NCBI GenBank assembly: GCA_937951895.1
Contig: CALFER010000034.1
Location: forward strand, 137,674-201,673
Length of the DNA: 64,000 nt
Reading direction: 5' to 3'
Source: an uncultured bacterium
Lineage (GTDB): Bacteria; CSSED10-310; CALFER01
The position numbers were made by a program, and so were the translations under genes. The notes under the pieces were generated by a model, which made no database searches, was not told the DNA's origin, and saw only the letters and a list, made by a program, of their open reading frames with translations. This document shows positions 29,187 through 39,336 of this stretch, piece by piece (position 1 is the stretch's first letter; every line of letters begins with the position of its first letter).

Positions 29187-29387
29187 GTGATTCGTCTGAT
29201 CTACGTGAGAGTTGTCGATGCGAAACTCGACAAGGCAATCCGGGTTCTGAAGAAGAAAATGGACAAGGAAGGCATTACGTCCGACCTCAAGAAGAAGCGC
29301 CACTTCGAGAAACCCAGCGCGCGCCGCCGCCGCAAGCAAGCCGCTGCGATCCGTCGCCGCCGTCGTGAACAGACCGGCCCCGCTTAA
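29187..29387 (+). CDS. rpsU: 30S ribosomal protein S21
   Basis: Sequence VIRLIYVRVVDAKLDKAIRVLKKKMDKEGITSDLKKKRHFEKPSARRRRKQAAAIRRRRRE is typical basic S21. Probable GTG start at 29187 (GGAAG 5 nt upstream); alternative start GTG at 29205. Confidence 0.8.
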   Translation: MIRLIYVRVVDAKLDKAIRVLKKKMDKEGITSDLKKKRHFEKPSARRRRKQAAAIRRRRREQTGPA

Positions 29388-29418
29388 TTCAATCCACACG
29401 ATTCCGATCTGAATGAAA

Positions 29419-29445
29419 ACCTGCGTTCATCGCAGGTTTTTTTTT
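29419..29445. terminator. Rho-independent terminator after rpsU, probably bidirectional (faces the end of the Bat operon)
   Basis: ACCTGCG-ttcat-CGCAGGT stem-loop followed by T9 on the plus strand. An A-rich tract on the other side gives a U-run for the minus-strand transcript ending at 29500. Confidence 0.6.
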
Positions 29446-29499
29446 GCCGGTTTCAAACCTCGAGATTCCTCGAGGAGGCTGCGTCGACCCCGGGAGTCA

Positions 29500-30258
29500 T
29501 CAGAGACGCTCGATCGAGTCATCCGGCACCCAACCCGTGAAGCCGTTTAAAAGCCGCACTTCGGCCCACCCGCCCTGATGCCGCAGCACGCGCATCTCAT
29601 AACCGGCCTGCTGCCGATATACCTCGGCAAAGTGCTCGCCGGGACCCGTTCGTGCCGATACCTCATTGCGGACCGCCACAGCGGTCTCGACCCCTTCACG
29701 ATCATATACCCGAATTCCCAGCCCGATCACACCGATCGCCATCCATATCGCACCGAACACCGCGATTCGTATATATCGGCGGCGACTGCGCCGGCGATTG
29801 TCGATCATCGCAGCCAGGAACGCCGCAATCGTCAGGAAATAGGCCGCCAGCGCCGAAAAGACCAGTTCGGATGTCGAGAGGGCGTGATGAACACGCTGGA
29901 TCCAGCCGATGAACCGATTGACCTTCGGTGGTTCCACGGGTTGACCGATCATCGATCGGGCCAGCAACAGATTGGCCCGGATATCGGCATCGCGCGGCGA
30001 TATTCGCTCGGCTCTCAGAAACATCGCGACGGCATGTCCGATATCCCCTTTGTGAAGGTAGCAGTTACCGAGATTATAGTAGACGGCGGCGTTGACGCAG
30101 CCTTGCCGGACAATCGTTTCGTAAATGCTGCGGGCGGAGTCCATATCACCGCTCTCGAAATGCCGATTCGCCCGATCGAACAACGCCTGAAAACTCTCGT
30201 CGGCCGATACCCCTCCCACCGAGAGCAGAACGAGCAGCAGGGGGATTGCGTGTCTCAT
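29500..30258 (-). CDS. BatE-like TPR + bacterial SH3 domain protein
   Basis: 252 aa. Signal peptide, 2-3 TPR repeats (AAVYYNLGNCYLHKGDIGHAVAMF), a TM segment, C-terminal SH3b-like region (GWAEVRLLNGFTGWVPDDSIE). ATGA overlap with batD. Confidence 0.6.
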   Translation of the reverse strand: MRHAIPLLLVLLSVGGVSADESFQALFDRANRHFESGDMDSARSIYETIVRQGCVNAAVYYNLGNCYLHKGDIGHAVAMFLRAERISPRDADIRANLLLARSMIGQPVEPPKVNRFIGWIQRVHHALSTSELVFSALAAYFLTIAAFLAAMIDNRRRSRRRYIRIAVFGAIWMAIGVIGLGIRVYDREGVETAVAVRNEVSARTGPGEHFAEVYRQQAGYEMRVLRHQGGWAEVRLLNGFTGWVPDDSIERL

Positions 30259-32153
30259 GCCCGGTCGCTCCTGCCAGCCCCCGTCACACGGGCTTTCCAG
30301 CGAATCTTTTCAAGATCATCCAGACACTCGCTGACTCGTTCCAGCAGTCGTGCAATCGAATCGGGTTCAGGGATCACGGGAGAAAAGCGGGCGGAAGCGA
30401 GCGTTTCCCAGATCCCGAGCACCGATTCGATCCGAGCCGCTTCAACGCCGTAAGCGGAGAGTGTGTCCCGGATGACATCGGGTGAAATCGATGCGGGGGG
30501 GCGGTTGAATCGATCCGAGAGATATCCTCGGAAGGCCCCGGCTGTCTCATCCAGACACTCCCGCAACGATACCTGCGCATGCAGGGATCGCGCTCGAGCG
30601 AGACGTTTCGCCGATTCGCCTCTCGCACGGATCGCACGGGCATATCCCTGATCGTCCAGAAGTTTGCGCCGCCGCCGGTTCAGAACGACAACCGCGGGGA
30701 TGACCGGAAACGGGAACACGACACTGCCCCAGAACCACGCTGTTCGATACGGTTCGACGTGGGCCCGGATCGTCGCGTTCGTCTTGATGTACCGGATATC
30801 CTTTCCGAGCAGACGAATCTCGCCCCGCTGATCCCGAGCCATCACCGGCATCCCCTCACCGGAAGGTCCGGGATTGATGACCACCGCAATTGGATCGGTC
30901 CTGAGGGTTTTGTAACTCGAGGCATCCGGATCGAAATACGAAAACTCGATCCCGGGAATCTCGAATTGCCCCTGCTCGAATGGAACGTAAATGTATTCGA
31001 CCGTCCGCATGGACCATCCCGGCCGGGCCGGATTCGGGACGATATCCCCCGCTTTCGGTTCATAGCTTTTGAACTGGGGGAGGGAAGCGGCGGGAGGGAT
31101 CGACAGGAGTTTAAGACCATGCTGACCGGTCAGCGTCGCCTCGATGACAACGGCTTCACCGACCTGAACGGACGTCTTCCCGGCCGAAGCACTCAGTTCG
31201 AACGCGCCGACCGCTCCCGAGAAGGACTCCGGTTTGTCCGCGGCAGGCAACGGACGCACGTGCAGGGAAACCGCCTGAGACTGCCGGATTTCCTGCTGAT
31301 GTTGCGAAAACAGCGATGAGCGGCCGGGCGGACCGAATGGACTCTGGAAGAAATCATCGAACGGATCCCTGCCGCGCACTTCGACGGCAAACTTCACGGC
31401 AAACGGCTCCAGGGTTACCTCGCCGGCTGTCGTTGGATACAGGATTGCCCGGTGCACCACAGCCGTGGCATATTCCTTCCCGTTGAGTGTCCGGTTTGTC
31501 ACGACCGGACGCTCGGGAAGTTCCATATCCTCGACGATGAATCCACTGAACTCGGGTATTCGCTCCGGTTCGAAATTGACAACCCGCACACGGGTAAAAA
31601 GTTCGTAGGTGACTTCGACCGGTTGACCCACGAAGGGGTCGGGATTCGAGACCGTTGCCCAGACGAACAGATCACTCTGGCGGTCATTGGGCACGTTCGA
31701 ATCCGAATCGACGCCGGACTGCGCCGGAGGTGCTTCGGGCTTCTTCACGATGATCGTGACCGGGTTGGACGAATAGGTTTTTCCGTGAAACGGAATCGGA
31801 ATCGGGCCGATCGTCCAGCTTCCCTCTTTCTCGGCTCGCAGTTCATACGTATACGACAACCGGCTGCTCCAGGCACCGTTCGCCATCTGCACCTGTGTCG
31901 ATGTCTGCGGACCCCCGACGATTTTCAAGCCTTCGAGTTGCAGACCGGATGGCGCCGGCAGGGAGCGTGCGGGACCTTCGACGACCACTTCGAGCGCAAT
32001 CCGCTCGTACAGATCCACCGTTGTGCGATCCACGCGCGCTGTAACCTTCAGCACATCATCCGAATCGCGCGCCGATCCGATCTCGCAAGCGAACAGCGCG
32101 AGTGCAAGCAGGCAGATCGTCCATTTACCAGTCTTTTTCCACATTTCGCTCAT
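30255..32153 (-). CDS. BatD-like protein (oxygen tolerance protein family)
   Basis: 632 aa. N-terminal signal/TM, large beta-rich periplasmic region, single TM near residue 470, then a cytoplasmic tail. Position between the BatC-like and BatE-like genes. Confidence 0.6.
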   Translation of the reverse strand: MSEMWKKTGKWTICLLALALFACEIGSARDSDDVLKVTARVDRTTVDLYERIALEVVVEGPARSLPAPSGLQLEGLKIVGGPQTSTQVQMANGAWSSRLSYTYELRAEKEGSWTIGPIPIPFHGKTYSSNPVTIIVKKPEAPPAQSGVDSDSNVPNDRQSDLFVWATVSNPDPFVGQPVEVTYELFTRVRVVNFEPERIPEFSGFIVEDMELPERPVVTNRTLNGKEYATAVVHRAILYPTTAGEVTLEPFAVKFAVEVRGRDPFDDFFQSPFGPPGRSSLFSQHQQEIRQSQAVSLHVRPLPAADKPESFSGAVGAFELSASAGKTSVQVGEAVVIEATLTGQHGLKLLSIPPAASLPQFKSYEPKAGDIVPNPARPGWSMRTVEYIYVPFEQGQFEIPGIEFSYFDPDASSYKTLRTDPIAVVINPGPSGEGMPVMARDQRGEIRLLGKDIRYIKTNATIRAHVEPYRTAWFWGSVVFPFPVIPAVVVLNRRRRKLLDDQGYARAIRARGESAKRLARARSLHAQVSLRECLDETAGAFRGYLSDRFNRPPASISPDVIRDTLSAYGVEAARIESVLGIWETLASARFSPVIPEPDSIARLLERVSECLDDLEKIRWKARVTGAGRSDRA

Positions 32154-33039
32154 CCACTTCGGGTAATTGATGGAAGCGCTTGAGCACTTCCAGCTCTTCG
32201 GTTTCCATCAGGTCGAGCAGACGTTCGGCCTCCACCTTGTCCATCTTCCCGTCTTCGGGCGGTTCCGCTGTTCCGGCCGGTTGCGGTTGAGCCGCCGGTG
32301 TCTGGTCTCCGGGTGTCGGCGTCGGCTGCGTCATGGCGCCGGGTAGCGGCGTCGGTGTCGCGGGCTGCCCGGCCTGCTGCGGTTGAGGGGATGCCTCGGT
32401 TTGAGGCGTCTGCTCCGCCTGAGGCGATTCTCCGGGTTGAGGGGTCTGCTCCTCAGACGACTGTGATTCCTGAGGTGACGGAGAGGCTTCCGGCGATGGC
32501 GTCTGATCCTCCTGAGGATTCGGCGATCCCTGCTGCGGTTGAGGCGTCTGCTGCTGCTCGTCCATCATCTTGCGCGCGATCTCGAGATTCGCCTTGGCAT
32601 CTTCGTCATGCGGGTTTGCCATGAGCGCTTTACGGAACGACTCGGCGGCCTGTGCAGCATCACCTTTCCCGAGTTGCGCGCAGCCCGAGTTATACAGAGC
32701 GCGCGCCTTGACATCCGCAACATCCGCCTTCGCAGCCTGCTCAAACGACCGCGCCGCGTCGTCGATCTTCCTCGCCTGATACTGGGCCGTACCGCGATTC
32801 AACGCCGCGACCGCCGAGTCAGGATCCGCTTCCAGCGCTTTCTGATACGCGCCTCCCGCTTCCTCATACTGCCCCTGCCGGTACGCCTCGTTTCCGATCC
32901 CGATCCATCGGGCGATCGGATCCCACCAGTGGAATCCCGTCAGCATGAGACAAGCCGCGCCGAACACGCCCATACGGATGACACGATCGGTCCGATCAAT
33001 CATGTTCGTCCTCCCATGCCAATCGCCGATAGTCTCCAA
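32125..33039 (-). CDS. BatC-like TPR protein with long Pro/Gln/Glu/Thr-rich low-complexity tail
   Basis: N-terminal TM, TPR repeats (YRQGQYEEAGGAYQKALEADP..., ALYNSGCAQLGKGDAAQAAESFRKAL), then about 110 aa of QTPQP/SPxPQ repeats. Confidence 0.6.
   Translation of the reverse strand: METIGDWHGRTNMIDRTDRVIRMGVFGAACLMLTGFHWWDPIARWIGIGNEAYRQGQYEEAGGAYQKALEADPDSAVAALNRGTAQYQARKIDDAARSFEQAAKADVADVKARALYNSGCAQLGKGDAAQAAESFRKALMANPHDEDAKANLEIARKMMDEQQQTPQPQQGSPNPQEDQTPSPEASPSPQESQSSEEQTPQPGESPQAEQTPQTEASPQPQQAGQPATPTPLPGAMTQPTPTPGDQTPAAQPQPAGTAEPPEDGKMDKVEAERLLDLMETEELEVLKRFHQLPEVDERNVEKDW
32290..32560. repeat. Degenerate short tandem repeats (approximately TGAGGCGTCTGCTCC units) encoding the BatC PQ-rich low-complexity region
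   Basis: Repeated tgaggcgtctgctc / tgaggggtctgctc / tgaggcgtctgctg units are visible in the nucleotide sequence. Confidence 0.4.
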
Positions 33040-34096
33040 GACACGCTTCGATGGCGAGCAGCACGGCCACTGCGAAGAGGAACCACGAAAACCGATCCGC
33101 TTTCCGCGTGGTCATGGTCTGTGAAAACTCCGTCTTGTCCAGTCCCTGCACCGCACCTGCCAGATCCGTCAACTCTCGTTCGGTTGCACTGAGACGCACA
33201 TACATGCCGCCGGTCTCCTCCGCCATCGTCATCATCGTCGTCTCATCGAGTTTCGTCCAGACCACCTCACCATTCCGCTTCTTGTAGTTTTCGGATCCGT
33301 CTTCCGCAATTTCCGGGATCGGGCCGCCTTCAGGGGTGCCCACACCGATGGAAAAGATCCGGACACCGGCCTGGGAAGCCGAGTCGATGGCCGCCTGAAC
33401 GTCTCCGGTATGCCCCTCGCCATCCGACAGCAGAACGATCGCCCTGGCAATCGCCTTCGAATTGGACAGTACCCGGAGCGATTCCCGGACGGCGGATTCG
33501 ATGTCCGTGCCGATCCCGAAGGAGATGCTGTTGTCGAGAATGCTCTTCAACCCCCGGGTATCGAGCGTCAAGGGGCAATGCAGTCGTGTGGTCGACGCAA
33601 ATCCGACAAGACCCATGCGATTGCCTTCGAGGAGTCTGAGCAACGTGCCGATAGCCGCTCGCGCAGCATCGATCCGGCTCGGCCCCACATCCTTCGCTTT
33701 CATGGACTCCGACGAATCTACCAGCAGAACGATGTCGATACCCTTGCGGTGCACCTCTTCCTGAACGGTTCCCCACTGTGGCCGGAGCAGCGCGACGGCA
33801 GCGATCAGAACCGCTCCGACAATCAGCGCGGCCCGCCGACGGCGGTGTCTGCGAAGTGCGATGCGGATCAACCCGATCCGATGCGCCTGGTTGCCGCCAT
33901 CCGCCAGGTCACGATCCGCCGGCGATCGCCAGATCTCTTCCGGAAGCAGTCTCAGAATGAGATCCTGCGAGCCCAGCGCACGCAAGTCCCTCCGGCGTTG
34001 TCTGGCCGCCCATATGAAAAGGCCCGCCAGAGCGCACGCGCACAAAAACGCGATCGATGCGCCCAACAGTTCATGCCCATTGGCTCCGAACACCAT
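32996..34096 (-). CDS. BatB-like von Willebrand factor A domain membrane protein
   Basis: Start at 34096 (MVFGANGHELLG...) overlaps the batA stop by 1 nt (TGATG). N-terminal TM helices, vWA domain with MIDAS DxSxS (LLVDSSESM). Confidence 0.75.
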   Translation of the reverse strand: MVFGANGHELLGASIAFLCACALAGLFIWAARQRRRDLRALGSQDLILRLLPEEIWRSPADRDLADGGNQAHRIGLIRIALRRHRRRRAALIVGAVLIAAVALLRPQWGTVQEEVHRKGIDIVLLVDSSESMKAKDVGPSRIDAARAAIGTLLRLLEGNRMGLVGFASTTRLHCPLTLDTRGLKSILDNSISFGIGTDIESAVRESLRVLSNSKAIARAIVLLSDGEGHTGDVQAAIDSASQAGVRIFSIGVGTPEGGPIPEIAEDGSENYKKRNGEVVWTKLDETTMMTMAEETGGMYVRLSATERELTDLAGAVQGLDKTEFSQTMTTRKADRFSWFLFAVAVLLAIEACLGDYRRLAWEDEHD

Positions 34097-35109
34097 CAGG
34101 GAATCCTCCGGAAACGCGTCTGCGCAAGCACGGTCTCCAGGACAAGCAACGCGAGTCCCACCCACAACGGATAGTGGAACAACTCGCGATAACGCTCATA
34201 CTTCAAACTCTCGATCTGCACCTTCTCAAGCTGATCGATCGTCTCGAAAATCCGCTTCAGCGAATCGGAATTTCGAGCCGGGAAATATTGGCCTCCCGTC
34301 GTCTGAGCGATTTGTTTGAGCATATCTTCATCCAACTCGACCGGAGCCTGCACGACATACCCGGGAATTCTCGGATGCGGAAACTCCGCCATCCCATTCG
34401 TTCCGACACCGATGGTGTAGACTTTGATCCCGAGCGATGCCGCGGCCTGCGCCGCTGTCAGCGGATCGACCGCCGCCTTGACGGTGTTCACGCCGTCCGT
34501 CACCAGGATCACGATCTGACTTTGCGGCTTGGCGGAAACCGCCCCTTTCTCGCCGGCCGTCCTCAGTCGATTGACCGCGTTCGCCAGCGCTTTTCCGATC
34601 GCCGTCTTCTCCTCGACCATTCCGATTTGCGCCTGCTTGAGAAACTCCAGGAGCAGATCGTGATCGAGCGTCAGAGGGCACAACGTGAAACTCTCGGAGC
34701 CGAAGAGCACCAGTCCGATCCGGTCGGTTTCCCTCTTCGAGATAAAATCGGATATGACCTGTTTGGCGACTTCGAGTCGATTGGTGGGTTTGAAGTCGAG
34801 CGCGCGCATGGACCCGGAGATATCGAGTGCGATGACGGCATCGATCCCCTCCGAATAGATGACTTCCTCGTGTTGCCCCTGCTGGGGTCTGGCCGCTGCC
34901 AGGATCACGCAGATCAACGCGCCGATGCGGAGATACGACGGTATCCACAGCCAGACCGACCTGGCGACGCCGGGTATCGAGCGAAACCGATCGGCGCTCG
35001 AATGACGCATCCGCAACTCCGAGGGCCGTCTGATAAACAGAGCCATGATGATCACGGGGACGAGAAGGAGAAGAACCAGGAGTTCCGGTGAGGCAAAACG
35101 GTATGTCAT
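34096..35109 (-). CDS. BatA-like vWA domain membrane protein
   Basis: 337 aa. Two N-terminal TM helices, vWA with MIDAS (ALDISGSM). Confidence 0.75.
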   Translation of the reverse strand: MTYRFASPELLVLLLLVPVIIMALFIRRPSELRMRHSSADRFRSIPGVARSVWLWIPSYLRIGALICVILAAARPQQGQHEEVIYSEGIDAVIALDISGSMRALDFKPTNRLEVAKQVISDFISKRETDRIGLVLFGSESFTLCPLTLDHDLLLEFLKQAQIGMVEEKTAIGKALANAVNRLRTAGEKGAVSAKPQSQIVILVTDGVNTVKAAVDPLTAAQAAASLGIKVYTIGVGTNGMAEFPHPRIPGYVVQAPVELDEDMLKQIAQTTGGQYFPARNSDSLKRIFETIDQLEKVQIESLKYERYRELFHYPLWVGLALLVLETVLAQTRFRRIP

Positions 35110-36080
35110 GCCGCGTCCTCCCCCGGATTTGACAGTACGATTCGAGATTCTCGAGTACGGAGTATGAATGATTCCACGACCTGGAAGAGATCGAACAGGG
35201 CATGCGTGGGCGGTTCAAATCGGGCGAACTTGACCAGGTCGGCTTGTTCCAGAACATGGAGAATGTCCCTGCGATCGGTCTCACCGAACATCGATTCTGA
35301 GAGATCCCGACGGATTTCACCGGTGGTGCGTTCGACGGTCGGAATGGCGTAACGGGCAGTGATGTACCGTTTGAAGATATCGGTCAGCCGGACACAATAC
35401 TCCTTGGTCAGCCCGCGACCCGGCAGATCTTCACCCCGGAGACGCTCAAGTTCCTCCAGGGCGATCGCATCCGCGGGCCGGGGCGGAGGCGGAGTGAGAA
35501 CGGCGATCTGTGCGCGCATGCGCCGACGCCGCCGGAACCAGACGAGCAGCGCAGTCAGTCCGATCCCCAGCGCCAGAACGGTCCCGATCACATACACCTT
35601 GTATCTCCATGCCGCCTCATACCCGATCGGATCTTTGATGGCGCGAGGCTGCGTGTCATTCCCGGTCAATACGGTCTCCACACGGATGGGTACGGCATCG
35701 GTCTTCAGCTCGTCCGTGCGCTGATCCTGTCCATTTATAACGATTGAAAACGAAGGGATACCCAGGTCTCCGGTTTCATACGCACTGACCGTCAGGACAA
35801 GCGACTCTTCGATCCGGCCGTCACCGCGCTCACTCGCCCTGTGACTCCGATCCAGAACACTGAAGGGATTGAGATCGAGTTCTTCACCGGGGAACACGAT
35901 CCGGAAATCAGCCGGGGCCTCGACCGTCACGGTCAAGGTGATGGGATCCCCCACCCGGATGCGATCGACGTCCACATGGGTGCGGATCGTCGGAGCAACC
36001 GGACCGGACGCGGAGACCGAGGAAACCAGCCAGAGTACTCCGAGCCATCGTCGGAATGAGTCCCGGCCCGGACGCCTCAT
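35106..36080 (-). CDS. Hypothetical membrane protein of the Bat operon (position of the DUF4381-like gene)
   Basis: 324 aa. Signal-like N-terminus, central TM followed by RRRRR, Pro-rich stretch. ATGA-coupled on both sides. Confidence 0.45.
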   Translation of the reverse strand: MRRPGRDSFRRWLGVLWLVSSVSASGPVAPTIRTHVDVDRIRVGDPITLTVTVEAPADFRIVFPGEELDLNPFSVLDRSHRASERGDGRIEESLVLTVSAYETGDLGIPSFSIVINGQDQRTDELKTDAVPIRVETVLTGNDTQPRAIKDPIGYEAAWRYKVYVIGTVLALGIGLTALLVWFRRRRRMRAQIAVLTPPPPRPADAIALEELERLRGEDLPGRGLTKEYCVRLTDIFKRYITARYAIPTVERTTGEIRRDLSESMFGETDRRDILHVLEQADLVKFARFEPPTHALFDLFQVVESFILRTRESRIVLSNPGEDAA

Positions 36081-36973
36081 CGCATCCTCCGCGCGCGCTG
36101 CGACATGAACCGATGGAGAGCCGATTCATATGCCTGATGTGTCTCCAGTTTGAGATGATCGATGCCGGCGGAAGCGAAAAACGCATCGCGCTCCTCGCGA
36201 AATCCCCGCATCTCCTGCACCAGGGCATCACGGACGGAGCGCTTCGACAGATCGATCAGCAAGGGTTTGCCGGATTCGGCGTCCTGCATCGACACGAATC
36301 CGACATCCGGAAACTCGCGCTCCAGCGGATCATCGATCGTGATGACGACCAGATCGTGTCGACGGGCAGCGGTCCGGATGGTTTTTTCATAATTGCGATC
36401 CATGAAATCGGACACGAGGAACACGACGGAACGGCGTTTTTGGACCCGATTGAGGTAATCGACGGCGAGGCCGATGTTGGTCGAACGGCCCGGCGGATGC
36501 GTCGTCAGCAGATCCCGGATGACGCGCAGGACATGCTGGGTGCCTTTTTTCGGTGGAATGAAGCTTTCGATGCGATCCGTAAAGAGAATCGAACCGACCT
36601 GATCATTGTTGCGGATCGCCGAGAAAGCGAGGACGGCAGAGATTTCAGCGGCGAGTTCGCCTTTGAAGCGATTTCGCACGCCGAACCATTGGGAACCGGA
36701 CACATCATTGAGGAACAGAACGGTCAGTTCGCGTTCCTCGATGTATCGTTTGACAAATGGCTTCCCGAACCGTGCCGTGACGTTCCAGTCGATCGTACGG
36801 ATATCATCCCCCGGCATATACTCACGCACCTCGGAAAACTCGACACCCTGCCCCTTGAACGCGCTCTGGTACTGACCGGCCATCACCTCGTTGACGAGTT
36901 TGTTCGTGGTGATCTCGATCCTCCGGATTTTCTGGACCAATTCCTTTGAAATCATCGCCTGTCGCCTCAGCAA
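36077..36973 (-). CDS. DUF58 family protein (MoxR partner, vWA-like)
   Basis: 298 aa. Conserved VREYMPGDDIRTIDWNVTAR motif of DUF58. Sits directly downstream of the MoxR ATPase gene. Confidence 0.75.
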   Translation of the reverse strand: MLRRQAMISKELVQKIRRIEITTNKLVNEVMAGQYQSAFKGQGVEFSEVREYMPGDDIRTIDWNVTARFGKPFVKRYIEERELTVLFLNDVSGSQWFGVRNRFKGELAAEISAVLAFSAIRNNDQVGSILFTDRIESFIPPKKGTQHVLRVIRDLLTTHPPGRSTNIGLAVDYLNRVQKRRSVVFLVSDFMDRNYEKTIRTAARRHDLVVITIDDPLEREFPDVGFVSMQDAESGKPLLIDLSKRSVRDALVQEMRGFREERDAFFASAGIDHLKLETHQAYESALHRFMSQRARRMR

Positions 36974-37001
36974 ACGATCTCTGAACCGGCGTCCGGTCCG
37001 A

Positions 37002-37991
37002 TCAGGGCACTTCGACGCGATCGAAAATGCGCCGAATCAGGTCATCCGAGGTCAATTCTTCAGCTTCTGCTTCGTAGGTAAGAATCACTCTGTGCCTGAG
37101 CACATCCGGGCCGATGGCTTTGATATCGTCGGGAGTGACGTAGCCCCGTCCGAACAGGAATGCGTATGCCCGAGCGGCCGCGATCAGACAGATTGTCGCA
37201 CGCGGGGATGCGCCGTACTGGATCAAACCCTTCATATCCGCTAGCCCGTAGTCGGAGGGGAACCGGGTTGCGAACACGAGATCCACGATGTAGTTCCGGG
37301 CGCGTTCATCGACATGTATCTCCCGCACGATCTTCCGGGCTTGCACGATCTGGGACGGGTCGATCACCACCGCAACCTCGATGTCGTCGATGCCGCTCAT
37401 CCGATCGAGAATCATGCGTTCTTCCGGTTTTGTCGGATAGCCGATCCGGAGCTTCATCATGAATCGGTCGACCTGCGCTTCCGGGAGGGGGTAGGTGCCC
37501 TCCTGTTCGATCGGGTTCTGGGTCGCGAGCACCAGAAAAGGCTCGGGGAGGGGATAGGTGGTGTTGCCGAGGGTGATCTGGCGTTCCTGCATCGACTCGA
37601 GCAACGCACTCTGGACCTTGGCCGGGGCGCGATTGACTTCGTCCGCGAGCACCAGATTGGCGAAGAGCGGTCCGCGTTTGGGTTCAAACGAGCCATTCTG
37701 GGGGTTATAGACGAGCGTACCGGTCAGGTCGGCCGGGAGCAGATCCGGTGTGAACTGGATCCGCTTGAACTCGGCACGGATGGTATCCGCCAGCGTTCTG
37801 ACCGCGAGTGTTTTAGCGAGGCCCGGGACGCCTTCTATGAGGATATGGCCGTCCGCGAGGAGGCCGACAAGCAATCGATCGAGGAGGTAGGATTGTCCGA
37901 CGAGGACTTTTTTGACTTCTTTCATCAGGCTGTCGACAAACGCACTGGCTTCTTTCACACGCTCATTGATGCGCTGAATATCCGTATGCAT
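37002..37991 (-). CDS. MoxR-family AAA+ ATPase
   Basis: Start at 37991 with a GGAGGG RBS. Walker A GVPGLAKT, Walker B LLADEVNRA, sensor motifs of the MoxR/RavA clade. Confidence 0.85.
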   Translation of the reverse strand: MHTDIQRINERVKEASAFVDSLMKEVKKVLVGQSYLLDRLLVGLLADGHILIEGVPGLAKTLAVRTLADTIRAEFKRIQFTPDLLPADLTGTLVYNPQNGSFEPKRGPLFANLVLADEVNRAPAKVQSALLESMQERQITLGNTTYPLPEPFLVLATQNPIEQEGTYPLPEAQVDRFMMKLRIGYPTKPEERMILDRMSGIDDIEVAVVIDPSQIVQARKIVREIHVDERARNYIVDLVFATRFPSDYGLADMKGLIQYGASPRATICLIAAARAYAFLFGRGYVTPDDIKAIGPDVLRHRVILTYEAEAEELTSDDLIRRIFDRVEVP

Positions 37992-38028
37992 ATACACCCT
38001 CCGAAATGAATCTCGCGAATCGGCGGAG

Positions 38029-39336
38029 TTACTTTTTCTGCGGATCGTTCCCGGGCGACGAGTCACCCAGCTTGTCCTCGAAGATCGTGCATCCGTATTT
38101 TTTCTTCAGATCTTCGAATTTCTGCTCCATTCCGCTTTCTTTCTTGTCTCTGACAAGCTTCGACTTGATCAGTGCGCGGACCTCGGTCATCGGCTTCACG
38201 GTTTCCTCGGTTTTCTCGTCCACCATCACAACATGCCAGCCCTTGGCGGATTTGATCGGATCCGAGTATTCGCCTTCTTTCAGCTTGAACAGAGCATCCC
38301 GGAAAATCGGATCGTTCCCGATGACACGAATCTGACCGTCTTTATAGACATATCCGAGATTTCCGTGCTGTTTGATGGTGGATTCGTCTTTGGAACGGGT
38401 TTCGACGAGTTTGTTGAAGTCGGCTCCCTTGAGCAACTCCTCGCGGACAGCCTTCGCATCAGCCTCGGTATCCAGCATGATATGGCGGATCTTTAGCCGG
38501 GCCCTGTTTTTATACTCATTCTGATTCGCCTTGTATTCCTTCTCAATCTCGCTGTCCGATATCAACATGTCTTCGGCGATCTGCTCCCTGACGTCTTCAA
38601 AGGGGCGAAATCCGGCTTCCGTGATCGAGGTGACCTGCAGGAGATGCCAGCCTTTTCGCGAGTTTACCGGTTCAGAGACCTCCCCTTGTTTCAGCCCGAA
38701 GATCGTTTTTTCGAATTCCGGCGACTTTCCGATACCCTTGATCGGGCCTCCCTTGGTCACCGTTCCCAGGTTGCCGCCGCTTTTCGCGCTTTCGGCATCC
38801 TTGGAGAATTTTTCGGCAGCGGCATCGAAGGTGATCGAGCCGGACGTGATCTGCTGGCGCACATCACGCGCCTCTTTCTCGGTTTCCAGCTGGATGTGCT
38901 TCACCGAGGCCGTTGCGTCGGTCTCGTAATCCTTCTTGTGCGCATCGTAATAGGCCCTGCGCTGTTTTTCATCGACTTCCGGCGCACCGCCCATCTCGGT
39001 TTTGTAGAATTCCGATGTCAGAATCCGGACACGGGCATCTTCGAGTTTGCTCTGGATTTCCGGTTTTTTATCATACCCGGCATCGGTAGCGGCCCTCAGG
39101 AGCAACTCCGTACGGATCAACCGATCGAGCAGTTTCATTTTTCCTTCCTTGGTGAGGAAGCTTTCGCGAGCGTATTCCGGCACTTCCTCGATCTTCTTCT
39201 GCAGATCTGCTGTCGTGATCTGTTTGGTGCCGATGGTAGCGAGGACTTCATCCGCGGCGCGGGCCGGGATCGGGCCGGAGGCTGCCAGGACAAGAATTGC
39301 CATCAGGATGGAGGATCGAATCAGAACGTATCTCAT
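38029..39336 (-). CDS. SurA/PpiD-like periplasmic peptidyl-prolyl isomerase with two parvulin domains
   Basis: 435 aa. Signal peptide, SurA N-terminal chaperone region, two rotamase domains (HIQLETEKEA...GGNLGTV and HIMLDTEADA...HGNLGYV). Confidence 0.75.
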   Translation of the reverse strand: MRYVLIRSSILMAILVLAASGPIPARAADEVLATIGTKQITTADLQKKIEEVPEYARESFLTKEGKMKLLDRLIRTELLLRAATDAGYDKKPEIQSKLEDARVRILTSEFYKTEMGGAPEVDEKQRRAYYDAHKKDYETDATASVKHIQLETEKEARDVRQQITSGSITFDAAAEKFSKDAESAKSGGNLGTVTKGGPIKGIGKSPEFEKTIFGLKQGEVSEPVNSRKGWHLLQVTSITEAGFRPFEDVREQIAEDMLISDSEIEKEYKANQNEYKNRARLKIRHIMLDTEADAKAVREELLKGADFNKLVETRSKDESTIKQHGNLGYVYKDGQIRVIGNDPIFRDALFKLKEGEYSDPIKSAKGWHVVMVDEKTEETVKPMTEVRALIKSKLVRDKKESGMEQKFEDLKKKYGCTIFEDKLGDSSPGNDPQKK

